Shown here: positions 12,847 to 25,428 of the stretch, one piece after another
Layout of the letters: each line of letters begins with the position of its first letter
Numbering within the stretch: the stretch's first letter is position 1
From: Bigelowiella natans CCMP2755
Taxonomy: Eukaryota; Protista; Cercozoa
Length of the DNA stretch: 53,370 nucleotides
Direction of reading: 5' to 3'
Assembly: GCA_000320545.1 (NCBI GenBank)
Contig: ADNK01001676.1
Coordinates: forward strand, 1-53,370
Notes under the pieces: model-generated
What the model was told of the DNA's origin: nothing
Database searches by the model: none
What the model saw: only the letters and a program-made list of their open reading frames with translations
Position numbers and translations under genes: made by a program

Positions 12847-13879
12847 TGCAAAATGAATTTTAGTAATATTAAACATACCAAAGGCATTATTCAGACTGAA
12901 TAAGAGCATGCTGTTATGTCTTAAAGGAAAACAGTAAAATTCATTCCGATGATTCATCATTTGTAGCACATGAGGTCGATTTTAGAATCTCGAATTACGC
13001 ATCACCCACAGTGACCTGATGGCAAATTGAGCTGGATCATCTTTGAAAAATGGTCATTTCTCAGCCTTCAGAAGGTAGCAACATGCCATTTCTTTTCATG
13101 CCACACAATGCAATCGCGTGAAAGGGCAAACAACCACGCGAGCATGGCTAGGCTAGCTAGGCCTAGAGGCCAACCATCTCTGAACTCTGCGGACATTTTC
13201 ATTGCATGCAATTTCGAGTCGTGCTGCGGTTTGCGTCGCACTGGTTGCAACACGGCTCCAAACACGTGAACGTTTCAACACAGCACTTGCCGTCAGTTGA
13301 CACGATTGGCGGAGAAGACAGGAAAAGCCGCAGAAGGACAAAAGTGTGCACTCTAGCACTCGCGATGCATCCTGGCATCGTCTAGGTCGTGTTTGACAAC
13401 GGAGAGGAGCACTGGAGCAAACGGGTGCAACGAGTTTGGCGAACTCAAGTGAGAAGAACGGAGTTCACTCTCTCAATTTCTCAAATGGCGCTGACGTGTC
13501 AAACGACCAACACCACCATCACGTGCATCGTCAAGTTGGATGAGCCTTGTGATTGCGGAGAACACCAGAAAGAAAAGCTATTTTTGGCAAATCGTCTCAT
13601 TGGCATCGGAAACAAGAAAATGGAAGGAAATTGACTGTCGCAACTAACAAATCCCTTGTCATTCGGCGGCTTGAGACGCTGGAAAAGCATCATCAGAAAT
13701 GACATGACATCACAATCAGATTTCGTCAGACCGTCCAGTAAGTAGATTTGTCCGTTTGCCACTGCGAAGGCCACACATTGAAATGCATCCCCGCATCTTG
13801 TTGGAATTTCTCCGAGCGAACTTAGATCTGGTCATCAGTCTTCATTGCTCCCTTTGTACAATGTGCTTTTGTTCATGTT

Positions 13880-14215
13880 CAGATCCCGTAGAAGTGGGCT
13901 TTGCAAAGTTTGTGGTCGAGTTTTCTCATTCGGTGAGAAGAAATGATGAAAATTTCTTTCATGTGCTGTTGTTCAGCTGATGTTCAAAACTCAAAACCGA
14001 CACAGTTTCTAGGCTATAGAATCTGTGCTTTTGCAAACACTACTGTGAATCATGAAAATCCTTCGTTTACACTTGAAATTCATGTTCGTTGGAACAATCC
14101 TTCCCGATCTCTTGACGAAGCCCAGGATGCCTTCGAAAAATGGACAATAGATTCCAATCTAAAACATCAATCAGGAGCTTCTAATCTGAAAATTAAAAGC
14201 CTTTTGCATGCGTGA
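13880..14215 (+). pseudogene. Frameshifted copy A of the conserved orphan gene (paralog of 31521-32049)
   Basis: VEVGFAKFVVEF..ENF lies in one frame and GYRICAFANTT..PSF..RWNNP..FEKW..GASNLKIKSLLHA* in another. 34 of 70 ungapped positions are identical to copy B. Confidence 0.7.
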
Positions 14216-14898
14216 GCTTCCAATCTATCGATGGATGTGCATTCTGATTGTTCGTGACAACAAGTAATCAACAATGAAGTGTCACTTGTGCAACAGCTGT
14301 GGACATCCAGCATACTTTCCGTGGACACATGTAGACATGCATGTGTGCAATCACATTTAGACATGCCATGACTATGTGATGGATCTAGACAAGCAGCAAG
14401 AAGCTAGACATCTCCACACTCCAAGCATCTCTAACATCTCTAGATCTAGACATGATTGCTGGACTGTGGCTTTTGTGGAAATTCATGTTCAAATCCTGCT
14501 TCTCACTTGTCTAGCTAGGTGCAGGTGCGGAGATGCAAAAAATGCAAGCTTGGTGATGTGCGTGTCAGATGGAAGTCAATGTCTAAATGCATTGTACGTT
14601 CAATGGCTTTGCAAGCGAGGCGGTTCGCAAAGGGTTAGTAAAAGGTCAGCATGTCATCTACAACGCGATGCAAGGTTTATCGCAAATGTTAAAGCTATTT
14701 ACGATGTACGCTACGAAGAGCAACAACATCTAGAGCACATATGTCAAGCACCAATTGAGCGTACTGCTGTAATGCTGGCATTGCGCCATTTTCATGTGTC
14801 TTCAAAGCATACGTCGATTCAAGTTTTCTTTTACTTATGATGTCTAGAATTAGAGCAAATTCACATTAAATCCTTATCTTCACGGATCAAAATCGTCT

Positions 14899-14900
<2 letters not shown>

Positions 14901-14937
<37 letters not shown>

Positions 14938-14945
14938 TACATATA
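14901..14945. repeat. (TA)n microsatellite (representative of many (TA)n/(CA)n/(GA)n/(CTA)n/(CAT)n runs, mostly intronic)
   Basis: Seen directly. Confidence 0.9.
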
Positions 14946-15429
14946 AATATGTTACGACCGATAAATAGGATTAAAGACTTTTTACTCGATAATATCAAAT
15001 CGATGCCTAAATATTGAAGACAGGTCCAGATTTTTTCTTGATTTTAGAATTCTTGTTGTCACTTTTCATCCAAACACAATTCTGATATAGCTCTGAGCGG
15101 TATCGGGTCCTGCCCTAAATTATAAGGATTGCTTAATTTGTGTCATTTCAGGATAATGGCATTAATCGTGAAGCCTCTGATGTAAGTACTAAGATGATAA
15201 ATCTTAGTGTCCACCATCAAAGGGGTTGTCTTACATCACTTATATACTAGATCTTAAACTAAAGTGAAAATAATAGGATAGTTACCTTACGAGTATTATC
15301 ATAGGTTTTCAGCCACTTCCATTCGAATCGGCACCCTAATAATTACCCAATTTCTTATTAAGCGAAATTCAAATAAATAGTGTACATTTATGTTAGCAAA
15401 GAAATAAGCTTAATCATGAGTTACCCTTC

Positions 15430-15835
15430 TTACACTTGTCCTTGAAAGTGTTCTTTGGAAATTTGAAAGAGTTGAGGAACCTTTAAGGCGATGCAAAATG
15501 GTATCAATATACTGAAAACAGCTTTGGGATTCATTGGTGTGTTGATGAACGGAAAATATGCGCGTGAATGTATTTTTGTACAGAAAGATATTTCCAGCTG
15601 TCAAATAGAAAACTCGTTATTGTATTGACACACTTTGTTGAATGAATGTTCCCGTAAAGTCCTCCAGAGGTCAGGTCGAAGTAGGGGACAAACTCGCCCT
15701 TCCTGTAACTCTTTACAACACTGACAGGGTCTATCTTTTCGCCGTTGATCCGAAACTCCTGGTAACCTCCATGACCGTATTTTAATAACACCTAAGCGAG
15801 AGAGAGAGAGAGAGAGAGAAATATATACATGAGAA

Positions 15836-15879
<44 letters not shown>

Positions 15880-16510
15880 AGTACACAATCAATTAAGTTT
15901 AAGTGTCATGACAACCGTGATCGTATCATCTTCTGGAATATCCTCCCAATTGGCTGGTGGGACAGTATATCCGCACACTTTCGAAGGGGTGGAGAGCCTT
16001 CTGTCTTGCCTCTTTGTCCAAAACCATCCTAAACGACACACTCGATTAGATTGAGAATATCGCGAAAGAAATGCTATTTAAAATAAAAATTGGAGGGCAC
16101 AAGATCAACATTTAACTCACAAAAACATATAGTCTACAGCACACCTTTCTTCCATGCGTCTTCCAGGGTTGAAAACTTTGCCGACTTGCTGAATACGGGC
16201 CAAATTGCCTTCTCGAGGTTGGGATTCTTGAACGCCTTTTTCACCTGATTGTGGAAACGTTTGTACATTTTCGATCACCGGCCTATGACGAGAAGTATAT
16301 GAATTGCAAGGCACTGCCGTACACATGTCAAACTTCAAAGCGGATATGCATCCCTTCTAATTCCTTTAGGAAACATCGTATTTCTATTCGACAGGACGGG
16401 GTGGTATATTGTCTATTATCAAACCTTATTCACTTGGCTTTGTGTGTTGATTTGCCAAGGGGTGAAGAAATATGAGTCGCATTTCGGATTGAAGCTCCAT
16501 TTTCTGATTT
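15430..16510 (-). CDS. Multi-exon hypothetical protein (ends uncertain)
   Basis: Phase-compatible GT-AG exons: VKKAFKNPNLEKAIWPVFSKSAKFSTLEDAWKK|GWFWTKRQDRRLSTPSKVCGYTVPPANWEDIPEDDTIT|VLLKYGHGGYQEFRINGEKIDPVSVVKSYRKGEFVPYFDL. Confidence 0.55.
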
Positions 16511-16924
16511 TTACGTGTTGACACCATATCATCATATGCACACATCAATAGAGCCCTAATGGCTAATTGGACTATTTAGACCTTCTCAGCTAGTGAGATT
16601 GAAGCACAGAAGCGTGGCATGAAGGGAGGCGCTATATTTGCATATTAGACACATTTAGGCTTACGTGTTGTCTCGACACGTGTGCTTGAATGTAGCATAT
16701 GGTAGGTTCTTGTTCTGGACGCGTTTTACGACTAATCCATGAGCGTTTGCTTTGCGAAGCCATATTTCATCACCAAAGAATAGTCCGATGAGGAGAATAA
16801 GAAGATGCGACAGCTCTGAGTTTGTCATTAGGCCTATGCGGGAAACAACGAGGCCAAGTTTGATTTAGAAGATTGGAGGCAGGAGACGGAAGTACGTCAA
16901 AAATATACAAATGCGGTATATTCA

Positions 16925-16959
<35 letters not shown>

Positions 16960-17956
16960 CTTATATCCTTTTGAAATAACACTCTCCTCAGCCTCTACCT
17001 TGATGGGTGGAAGTAACAGCGGGGATGTATAGGTCGTGTGTGCGGTCTTGAGCCTTGCAGGCGAGGTTCCAGCTTACTCAACCGAATGCAATGCGTGGGA
17101 GTATGGATTCTGATTGCGCCAGAGACTATCTGCCCACGCAATCCTAACGTATACACTGGGACAACACGCGTGCGCCTACCCTCCTGTCATTCCGTTTAAT
17201 ATCCGCATGACTGCGAAGATCTCGTGACAGTACATGTACCTTGATGGCCTATGTGCCGTCCTGGCATGCAGCACACAACACCTCTCCGCGATGCCATGCT
17301 TATTGTAGAAACGTGCTGCAATTACCACATGATTCTTCCCAAGAAGGCGAAGCAGTAGCGAAATGCCCTTGCAGCAGCGCCTCTAAATCACCGGTCTGCG
17401 CTGAGCTGCAGACATGGAAACGTTGAGGGAATGCGTACGCAGCAGGAGACATCCCCTAGAAAGATCAAATCATGTATTGCCGCTAATTTTTCACCCAACT
17501 TCTTCAATTTCTTCTTGTCGCAGACGTTTTATGCAGTTAAAACTTGCCAGGAAAGAGCCAGCAGCAGGTTCTCCTATGAGCCTTTTCAGCAGCATTGTCC
17601 TCTCCAGAAAACTCTAAGAGCCACTGTCGTTGCACGAAATTTTATTCTTCGTCTTGTTGAGGAGGAAATTAGGCGAACAATATCGATAATGTATGTCGCG
17701 GGTCAAAAGTTCCCTCGATCTTGATCCCTTCTGGTTCCTACACCGGATTGTGATCTGTCTGTCAGGAAACGTATCTTGACAACACCAGCGGGCACAGTGT
17801 CATCGGTCACAATCCGTTGTTCTGAGCTCATTCATATGCGCGACATCAACCAAACCTTGTCGCCTGCAACGTTCACCCTGAAAGCGAATCCGCAAGTGAA
17901 GCGCGTGTCTGGCACACGTGCGGCGTTTCGGAAACAGGTGCGCGTGCACAAAACTA

Positions 17957-19249
17957 CGGAACACTTTCCAGGAGCTTTTTGCTGTTCCTTCCTTCTTCGG
18001 CCCCATCTAGCCATGCTGGCATGGTCGGCGAAAGCCAATCAACGACAGCCACTTTCTTTTCCACGTTGCACCATTCGTCGTGTGTCTGGATGCACGCATG
18101 ACCGCTGCTCCTTCCATTCGGCGCTTCCCGATCGTGCGGTGTGTGGAACAGCAACGAAGTTTGGATTTCACAACGTTCACGAGCGGGTCAAAATGAGTGT
18201 CTGGGCGTGACAGGTCAGGTCGTCGCACCTTCCAGCCTTGCTAGCTTGTCGAGGTGCGCAATCACCATCGTTGAGGTCACTGCGAAAAGTCCAGGAAGCG
18301 ACACCACAGGCCATCACGACGAGACGAGCAGGCCAGCAGGCCAGCAGGGTGCACGTCGCACTGATGAAGTTTGCACACTTGCCATTGCTTCTTCAAATCG
18401 CACTTCTGGACTTCCATGCTCTGCTTCAAAACACGCCTGGAGAGCTTTCCATCTTCGACTTTGTTGCCTCAGCTGGCCAGTGACAACGTCCAGCTTCCCG
18501 GTGAACGAGTGTCTTGGGGCACTCATCCCCATTGCTGATTTTTCGAGCAAAGTTGATCAATTCGTGCGCACCACTTGGCTTTCGCTGAATCGACTGCGGT
18601 CAAGTCTGTTCGACACGGTTTCGGACTGGCTGGCTGGCTCCAGGGCTTGCTGGAGTGCTCCAGCGCATCGAACAATCCTGCTGGCCTGGCGTGCTGTGCA
18701 CACATCCGCGGGGCCATGCAGTGCCAGAGTGTTCGTGCGCAATCACCTTGCGAGTTTCAGTTGATGGCATCACAAGTCTCAAAGCCGAACACTGAATTGA
18801 GTCAAGTCCCTTGTGTGCCTAGGTGCGTGCAATGCGCTTTCGTGCACCAGGCCAGCCAGCATCAGTGCCAAGTGTGTTGAAGTGCAACCGCCGCGTTTGT
18901 GCACTTGAATGCAATCAAACGCAGGCAACAGTGCATGCATGAGGTCTCAGAAAAAACACCAGTGATTTGATCATTGCAATGCCCAAACGATGCTGTCAAC
19001 ATGCAACACCATTCCCGCACTGATGATCCATCTGTGGGTGTGGGAAATGTGGGCCTTTGTTCGCTGCGCAGTTGATTCATGCACTGGCATCCATGCATCT
19101 CTAAATTTTGACATTTTCGTCCGTTTGCTTGTTTTCCGGTTTCCCAGATTTCTTTCGTTTGCCCTGCAACACACAGATCCAACGTGCATGTCAAACATGG
19201 CAAACATTGCACGTTGACAACATGGTGAAATCAGCATGTGCGGCATGTG
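17957..19249. other. TpA-erased (hypermutated) tract
   Basis: Only 4 TA dinucleotides in 1293 bp: three in CTAG and one that is the TRM1 stop codon. Confidence 0.9.
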
Positions 19250-20564
19250 TAAAACTTCACATCGTTAGTCGTTTACTTGATTCTGCAGCGACTTTTCCTT
19301 TTCCGTCATCGTTTTTCGCTTTCCTCCAGTTGCCCGCGACTAAAACAAAAATGTGTTGAATCCGCTGTCAACTTCCCCTTTTCTTACCAACAAATTTACA
19401 GCCTTGGAGAACCATTATGGAGTTCACAGTGTACATATGGTTTGGTGCATTCTTCACGTGATGTTTCTTGTGTCATGCAATACCTTTGGTCCCCAATTCT
19501 CCTCGGGATTAGGGAAAAATGCCTGGTGAAGCTACAAAATCCACACAAAAACATAGATTTATGTGCACACAAATGATATCTGTGTTGCGATGTAAGTAAA
19601 ATGCACACATACTGAAGCTTTTTCATACTATAAATTGTTCATCTCTAAGGTATGTAGCGGTTATTTTATTTTCGTTTGAGCTCTGCATACCCCTTCCGAC
19701 CCTTTCGCCTGCGAGAAGTTAACCTAGTTATGCGGACAAATAATATTATATTCTGTGTGTTCATATATCCCTAAAATAATGCACAATACAATACGTTATG
19801 ATATCATGTATATGTGAGAATGTGGGGCTATTTATATGTACAACACCTTTAATTCTGTGCCCGATTTTGTCGTGACTGCTATTATCTTTCCTGCTGCCGA
19901 GTCAGGACCTCGTTTAGCTTTGCCCTGAGCATAACGAGTTTTTAAAACTCAAACAATAAACAATTAACATTCGCAAGTTTGTCACCTGTTCTGGATCTCT
20001 AGCAACGATGGCCGCCATGATTTCCATGATGACCTTCATGTTTCATCATAACCATTTTAAATATATTTTCAATAAGATTTTCGTATACTATTATTTCATC
20101 ATTCCAAATGGAAATGCAGACGCATGTGCATTTCTTTCACAGAAAATTTGAAATATATTCGCGTGTGTGTTTTTGAGTGTTCTGAGCCATTATGTGCAGG
20201 AATTATTTTTTCACCCAATCCGAGAAAACGATCAAGTCATGTTACAGAAAATAAAAATATCTTTATCTCAGCAAAGATGAATGCATTACCATTGGAGATG
20301 CATCAGTCTTAATTGCAGATGGGTCGGCGTGCGATTGTGAAACGCTACAGAACACATAAGATATGAGGAAAACAACCAAACATTGCATACATGTGCAAGA
20401 ACAAATATAACCCGGAAGAGAGTAGTAACCAACAAATATGTTAGAAACTAGTACCGATATCCTGCATTGATTATCGCCGAACGCAGCTTAATGATATTCA
20501 CAGATGTGTGGAAGAGATGAGCAAGGCTTTTGTGCGTGTAATACCTGTTGATATCAGAAACAAT

Positions 20565-20601
<37 letters not shown>

Positions 20602-21388
20602 AAAGAATATGCCAGTGTGTACAAACACCGAAATCTTTCTCCATCTCTCCCTCTCCCCTTATTTTCTCTGTATCTCCCAACAATGATTCTAAATATCGTG
20701 TGCCCATACAGCGGTGTTTCGATCTCAGTCTCGCAAACGCGCAACTGCCCAAGTATCCTCCTCTCAGTCGTGTACCTTTATATGCAGGCAGAACAAAATA
20801 CAACAACATCATAAGAGACAGCGTTAATAAACATATATGCAAATACGTGACTGTGTATATTTGTGCTTGTGTATATGTGTGCTTGTGTGTGTAGGTGACT
20901 GATAAAATAGACAACTTCTTCGGGTTTGCCTCGACGTGTTTCAGCACTCTCTGAACGAAATCAACCTCGTGCATTTTGCCTGACCTGATAACCGATTATA
21001 GACGTATAGATACGTTTATACGAACAGTCTTTCATCATCATGCGTATTTAACTTCAAATTTTCATGGGGGGTCAAAAGCGCATTTGCTTGTAGTATATGC
21101 GTGATTTTTCCAGGTTTCAAATCAATTCGAAACATCACAACAAATCTCATATTTTCATGGCAATCGCCATCCTCTCGTGTATTATATTTCCCTCTCACCA
21201 AATCGGCCCTGCCACCTTCAAACGGCTATGCACATCCATAAGCAATAAAAAGCAGTACATAATGAGAAACTGACACAACGTCCAACGATAATATCCTCAG
21301 TAGTATCGTGACAGCCAACACATGCATCAGATGGACATGCAAAGCTATATCATTCAAATACCTCTTTAGGTAGTTACGCGTATCCCAC

Positions 21389-21424
<36 letters not shown>

Positions 21425-22916
21425 TTACTACTACTACTCCTACTGCTACAATTTATTACCACTACTACTGTTACCGACTGCTACTACTACTACTACTATT
21501 ACTTACAACCTGTTGGTAAACTCGCATGTGGTATTGCATGGCGGCCCACTCGAATGCTTGTACTTGGGGTTTTTCCTCGAATAACTGTTGCATACAATTG
21601 CTACTCAATTCGATGAATAACTTAAAAACGCACTGGCCTCGATAGGATAGACTTCATAAGGAAAAACTGTTTTTTTAAATCTGTATGTAGAAGTATGTGT
21701 GATGCTTTATGCGCCATCATGAGCTCGTTGGTTGGCTACTACTCGATGACTCCATAAGGCTGAAGATAAAACGCATCACATCCGAGAGACTGATACCTAC
21801 GAACATACACAACCAGCAGACGTCACGTGTGATGAAAAGGATAACGAAAATGCACTCCTTGCCCAACACCATCGCTTCCTGCCTTCTTCTACCTCTATTA
21901 CGCGTTCGTATTTGTGATTTTTGAGTTATTCAGATAGTCGATAGGTGAGACACAATGCATGTATATGAAGACAAATGTCGCAAATAGCTTTGCTTTCGCA
22001 TCTCGCGGTAGTTGCGTGCGTACGAGCTTGTGTGTTTGGGAGATGCTGCGAGGTCATAGTGAGGATGGAAAGTACACTAAGGCAGTCTTGCTGGCAGAGG
22101 CTTTGACATTTATTGGCGATGTGTGGACCTTCACGAGATACAAAATACGCACGAATACACGAATAAAACACAGAGATATAAAAGAAAAACTAAAATATTT
22201 TAAAAATTTGATCGATCATTTTGAATGTAGTAGACATGATATGTGTGCTACGTGAGCGCTGATTGGCTTGCATGCATTAGAATGGATGTGTGTTATGTGA
22301 GTGCTGCTACCCTTACGAACATCCGAACGTAGAAGTCAATGCTCATGGAGAGGACAGGAGTGATGTATCGCTTGTACCGATTGGCGCTATTTTCTGTCGC
22401 AAAACAAAACACGACGTATATCAATATCAATGGAGAGATGACCTCTTGAAAAAAACAACAACATGAATAAACGATAACGACGGCATTTTCAAGCACACAG
22501 GAAGAAAACTCGCCACGGCACAACAGACAGTGAAAGCATGTCAAGGAGACGAGGAGGGGGGGGATGCCTGATGTGAAATCTACATGTTTATTCAGGGTAC
22601 TACCGATTGCTCGGAGCACGATTCGAACTGCCATCTAACGTTTGAAAGAGTGCATATTAGTTATTAATATAGTCATGAATACGCTGCAAACATAGCTATT
22701 CTACTACTCCATTTTCCAATGAATGTTCCCTCTTCATTCCATTAGCGAGTGACGCCCAACGAATTGTCTCATTCGAAACCGCACCACTCCCCTCATTTCA
22801 TCTACGACCTCGTGACAGTATGGATGGCGCAGGGATAGAGAACCATACTTCCCGAAACACGTTTCTGCTCATACCATCGCAATGAATCAAAAATATCATT
22901 TATTTTCAATGGTAAA

Positions 22917-22952
<36 letters not shown>

Positions 22953-23825
22953 CTATATACACAGCACTTTATATTTACCGATGCAATAGGCATCATGAGC
23001 TATACTTGGCTATTAGAGTTAGCGAGGGAAAGATGTGGGATAAAATGACACAGCTCGCACGGTACCACACAACTACATGCAGACGTAGCAGCAATATCAA
23101 AGGCCGATTTACTATTTCATTAAAAGTGACAGAATACCGGAGTTCTTGCCGCATAGCACTGCCTTATCAGTGCACGTTACACAAAGAAGACCCCCATCTC
23201 GCACCTACGTGAGCGCGACACATTTAAATGCGTCGATGCGACGTCTAAGAAGTGGAAGATGGTGTAGTAGCAGGCAATACAAAAGTTCTCCGAGCAAAAA
23301 ATGATAGTTTTTGCTTCTTCCGATGAAAAACAGCCATAAGTCGCATGCTTACAACAGCTAGAGATTGAATTTCAACGGTATCGAAACCGTCATTGGAGGG
23401 TTCTTTGGTGTCGGATGGAAGGAATGCTGAAAACAGCGTCCATGTCGTGCTACCGCTTGTACTGCGCCATCAAGAAACTCTGCTGCGGATCCGTATGGAT
23501 CTAAATCGATTACGTCGAACCCCTTCCCTGTTTATTGTGTTTATATGCGTGTTAGTCTGTGCGTGTATGTGAGTGAGAGAGTGTTCGTATGTCTTTGTGT
23601 GTTTGTGTGTTTGTGTGAGTGTGTTTTGTATTGGTGAGCGTGGGCGTGAGTTGGCCTTCTCTTCGCGATGTACATATAATGTCACACAGAGCAAGAATGC
23701 TTCAAATGACCTTCCTCCACACTCCTTCTGGACAAAGCACGGTTTGCATACATGACCTCACATGCGTCCCCCTACCAAGGAGGAAGAATAGTCGAAATTG
23801 GAAGACGATAACTTGCTACACATCC

Positions 23826-23858
<33 letters not shown>

Positions 23859-24405
23859 TATCATCGTCGTCGTCGTTGTCGTTGCCGATGCTAGAAGCAA
23901 AATGCTAATAGGTACACACCATATTTGGTATAGTTTTGTCCAAAGGGCAGCCGTTGTACTTCAAGTTCCGTTCAATCGTCTCCACAGCTATAAACACATA
24001 AACACCAAAACACACACGCACACGCAACCATATGAATAAAAGCATAACACGACTTGAAATCACAACACGGCACTCAACTATCGCTCATCATCCTGACCTT
24101 TTTCATCCAAGTCATTAACAACTATGGTATCCACCAGCCCTTCTTCGATTTCTTTCCAATACTAACAGCATCAAAATAATGAATCCGCAGGAAATCAATG
24201 TACTCACAACGTTCACCAGCGGCCCTCGATCATTCGAAAGAGGGCGGTTTTTCATAGGTACCGATGCTGTCATTTGTTTACGCAAAAACTAGCTGTACTT
24301 GTGTTGATTGATTCAAAGCAAACTCTTCCCCTCCTCTTGTCATACACGGCCTTTATTCCGTATCTGGCAGTGCTACTATCACTGCTACTACTACTTCTGA
24401 TGCAG

Positions 24406-24438
<33 letters not shown>

Positions 24439-25428
24439 GTATTGATCTTAGTCCTGTCGCAGAGAGAGCCTCAAGCACCCGGAGGCCCGGAATGGAGACC
24501 TTCTCGGGCTCAACTACTTTGTCAATCCCCTTCTCTGTTTTCGTCGTTGTAAATGAAGATTAGGTGTGTGCGTGCATATACGTGTGCGTGCGTGCGTGCG
24601 TGCGTGTGTGTGTGTGTGTGGTATTCTCGTAGAATTCGATACGCGCAGCCTCGTGCGCGATAAAAGTATTTGCAAAATGCATGACAGATGCTGGGTAGCT
24701 TTGATTTCCGAATAGAAATGATATGTTTACCTTTATTCTCCTTCGTGAGTCTCTCTGCCCTGCGTTTGGCTGATAGGAAGGATAAAATGATGATGATGAT
24801 GATGATGATGATGATAACTGTGATGATGACGATGATGACGATGATGGTGACAACGGTAATAATGATAATGATTCGTCAGACTTTCATGCTTGTTGTAAAA
24901 TAATTAAATGCTTAACTTACTATTTACCTTTAGCAGTCTCCTTCTCAAATTTCTCTTGACGATACACTTTCGCAAATTCGTTGATGACCTGCACGATACG
25001 CCACGCATCAGAGGAAGGAATACGTGGACGACAGCAAGGCTTGCATATATGCTGTCACCGGTTGGCGGTGATGTGTTAGATTGTCGCAAGTACCGCTGTA
25101 GATAGGTCTCTGTTGAATTCTTGCACCTAATTACATAACCAGTTTATACGATAGGATATCATCGTGATCTCAATATCGATAAAGAGTATTCGTATATGTA
25201 AGTAAAACGCACGATCAATCTGAGAAGGATCACTTGCACTGATATAGCACTCTCATTACTTAATCTTAATGAATCCATCTTATAGACGCACCCCTCCCCC
25301 CCCCCCCCCAACCCTCTCTCCTCCCTCACGCTCAAATCCGCCTTCATAACCGTTGCCACCTTATTATAAAACACGGTGTTGGCCTTTTCGTACAGGATAG
25401 TAGCTTTCCCTTCCGTGAGAGTCTCCAT
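19101..25428 (-). CDS. TRM1: tRNA (guanine26-N2)-dimethyltransferase, multi-exon
   Basis: Exons encode [111 protein letters not shown] and NQ|GKRKK..ENVKI* (TAG at 19101-19103). Confidence 0.93.

Larger units (their letters stand above)
8194..14215. mobile_element. Accessory gene cluster, copy A (intron-poor, no microsatellites, partly degraded); boundaries approximate
   Basis: Contains ORFs homologous and syntenic, in inverted orientation, to 31521-36010. No transposase, integrase or termini were identified, so mobility is only inferred. Confidence 0.4.

Noticed and set aside
17776-18880. Retrotransposon or protein-coding genes in the dense ORF cluster
   Set aside because: No RT, integrase or gag motifs are present. 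The ORF density is explained by loss of TA-containing stop codons.
17957-19249. CpG-methylation decay or fungal-type RIP as the cause of TG/CA richness
   Set aside because: CpG is plentiful and TpA is nearly absent. Those processes deplete CG/CA and, for RIP, enrich TA.
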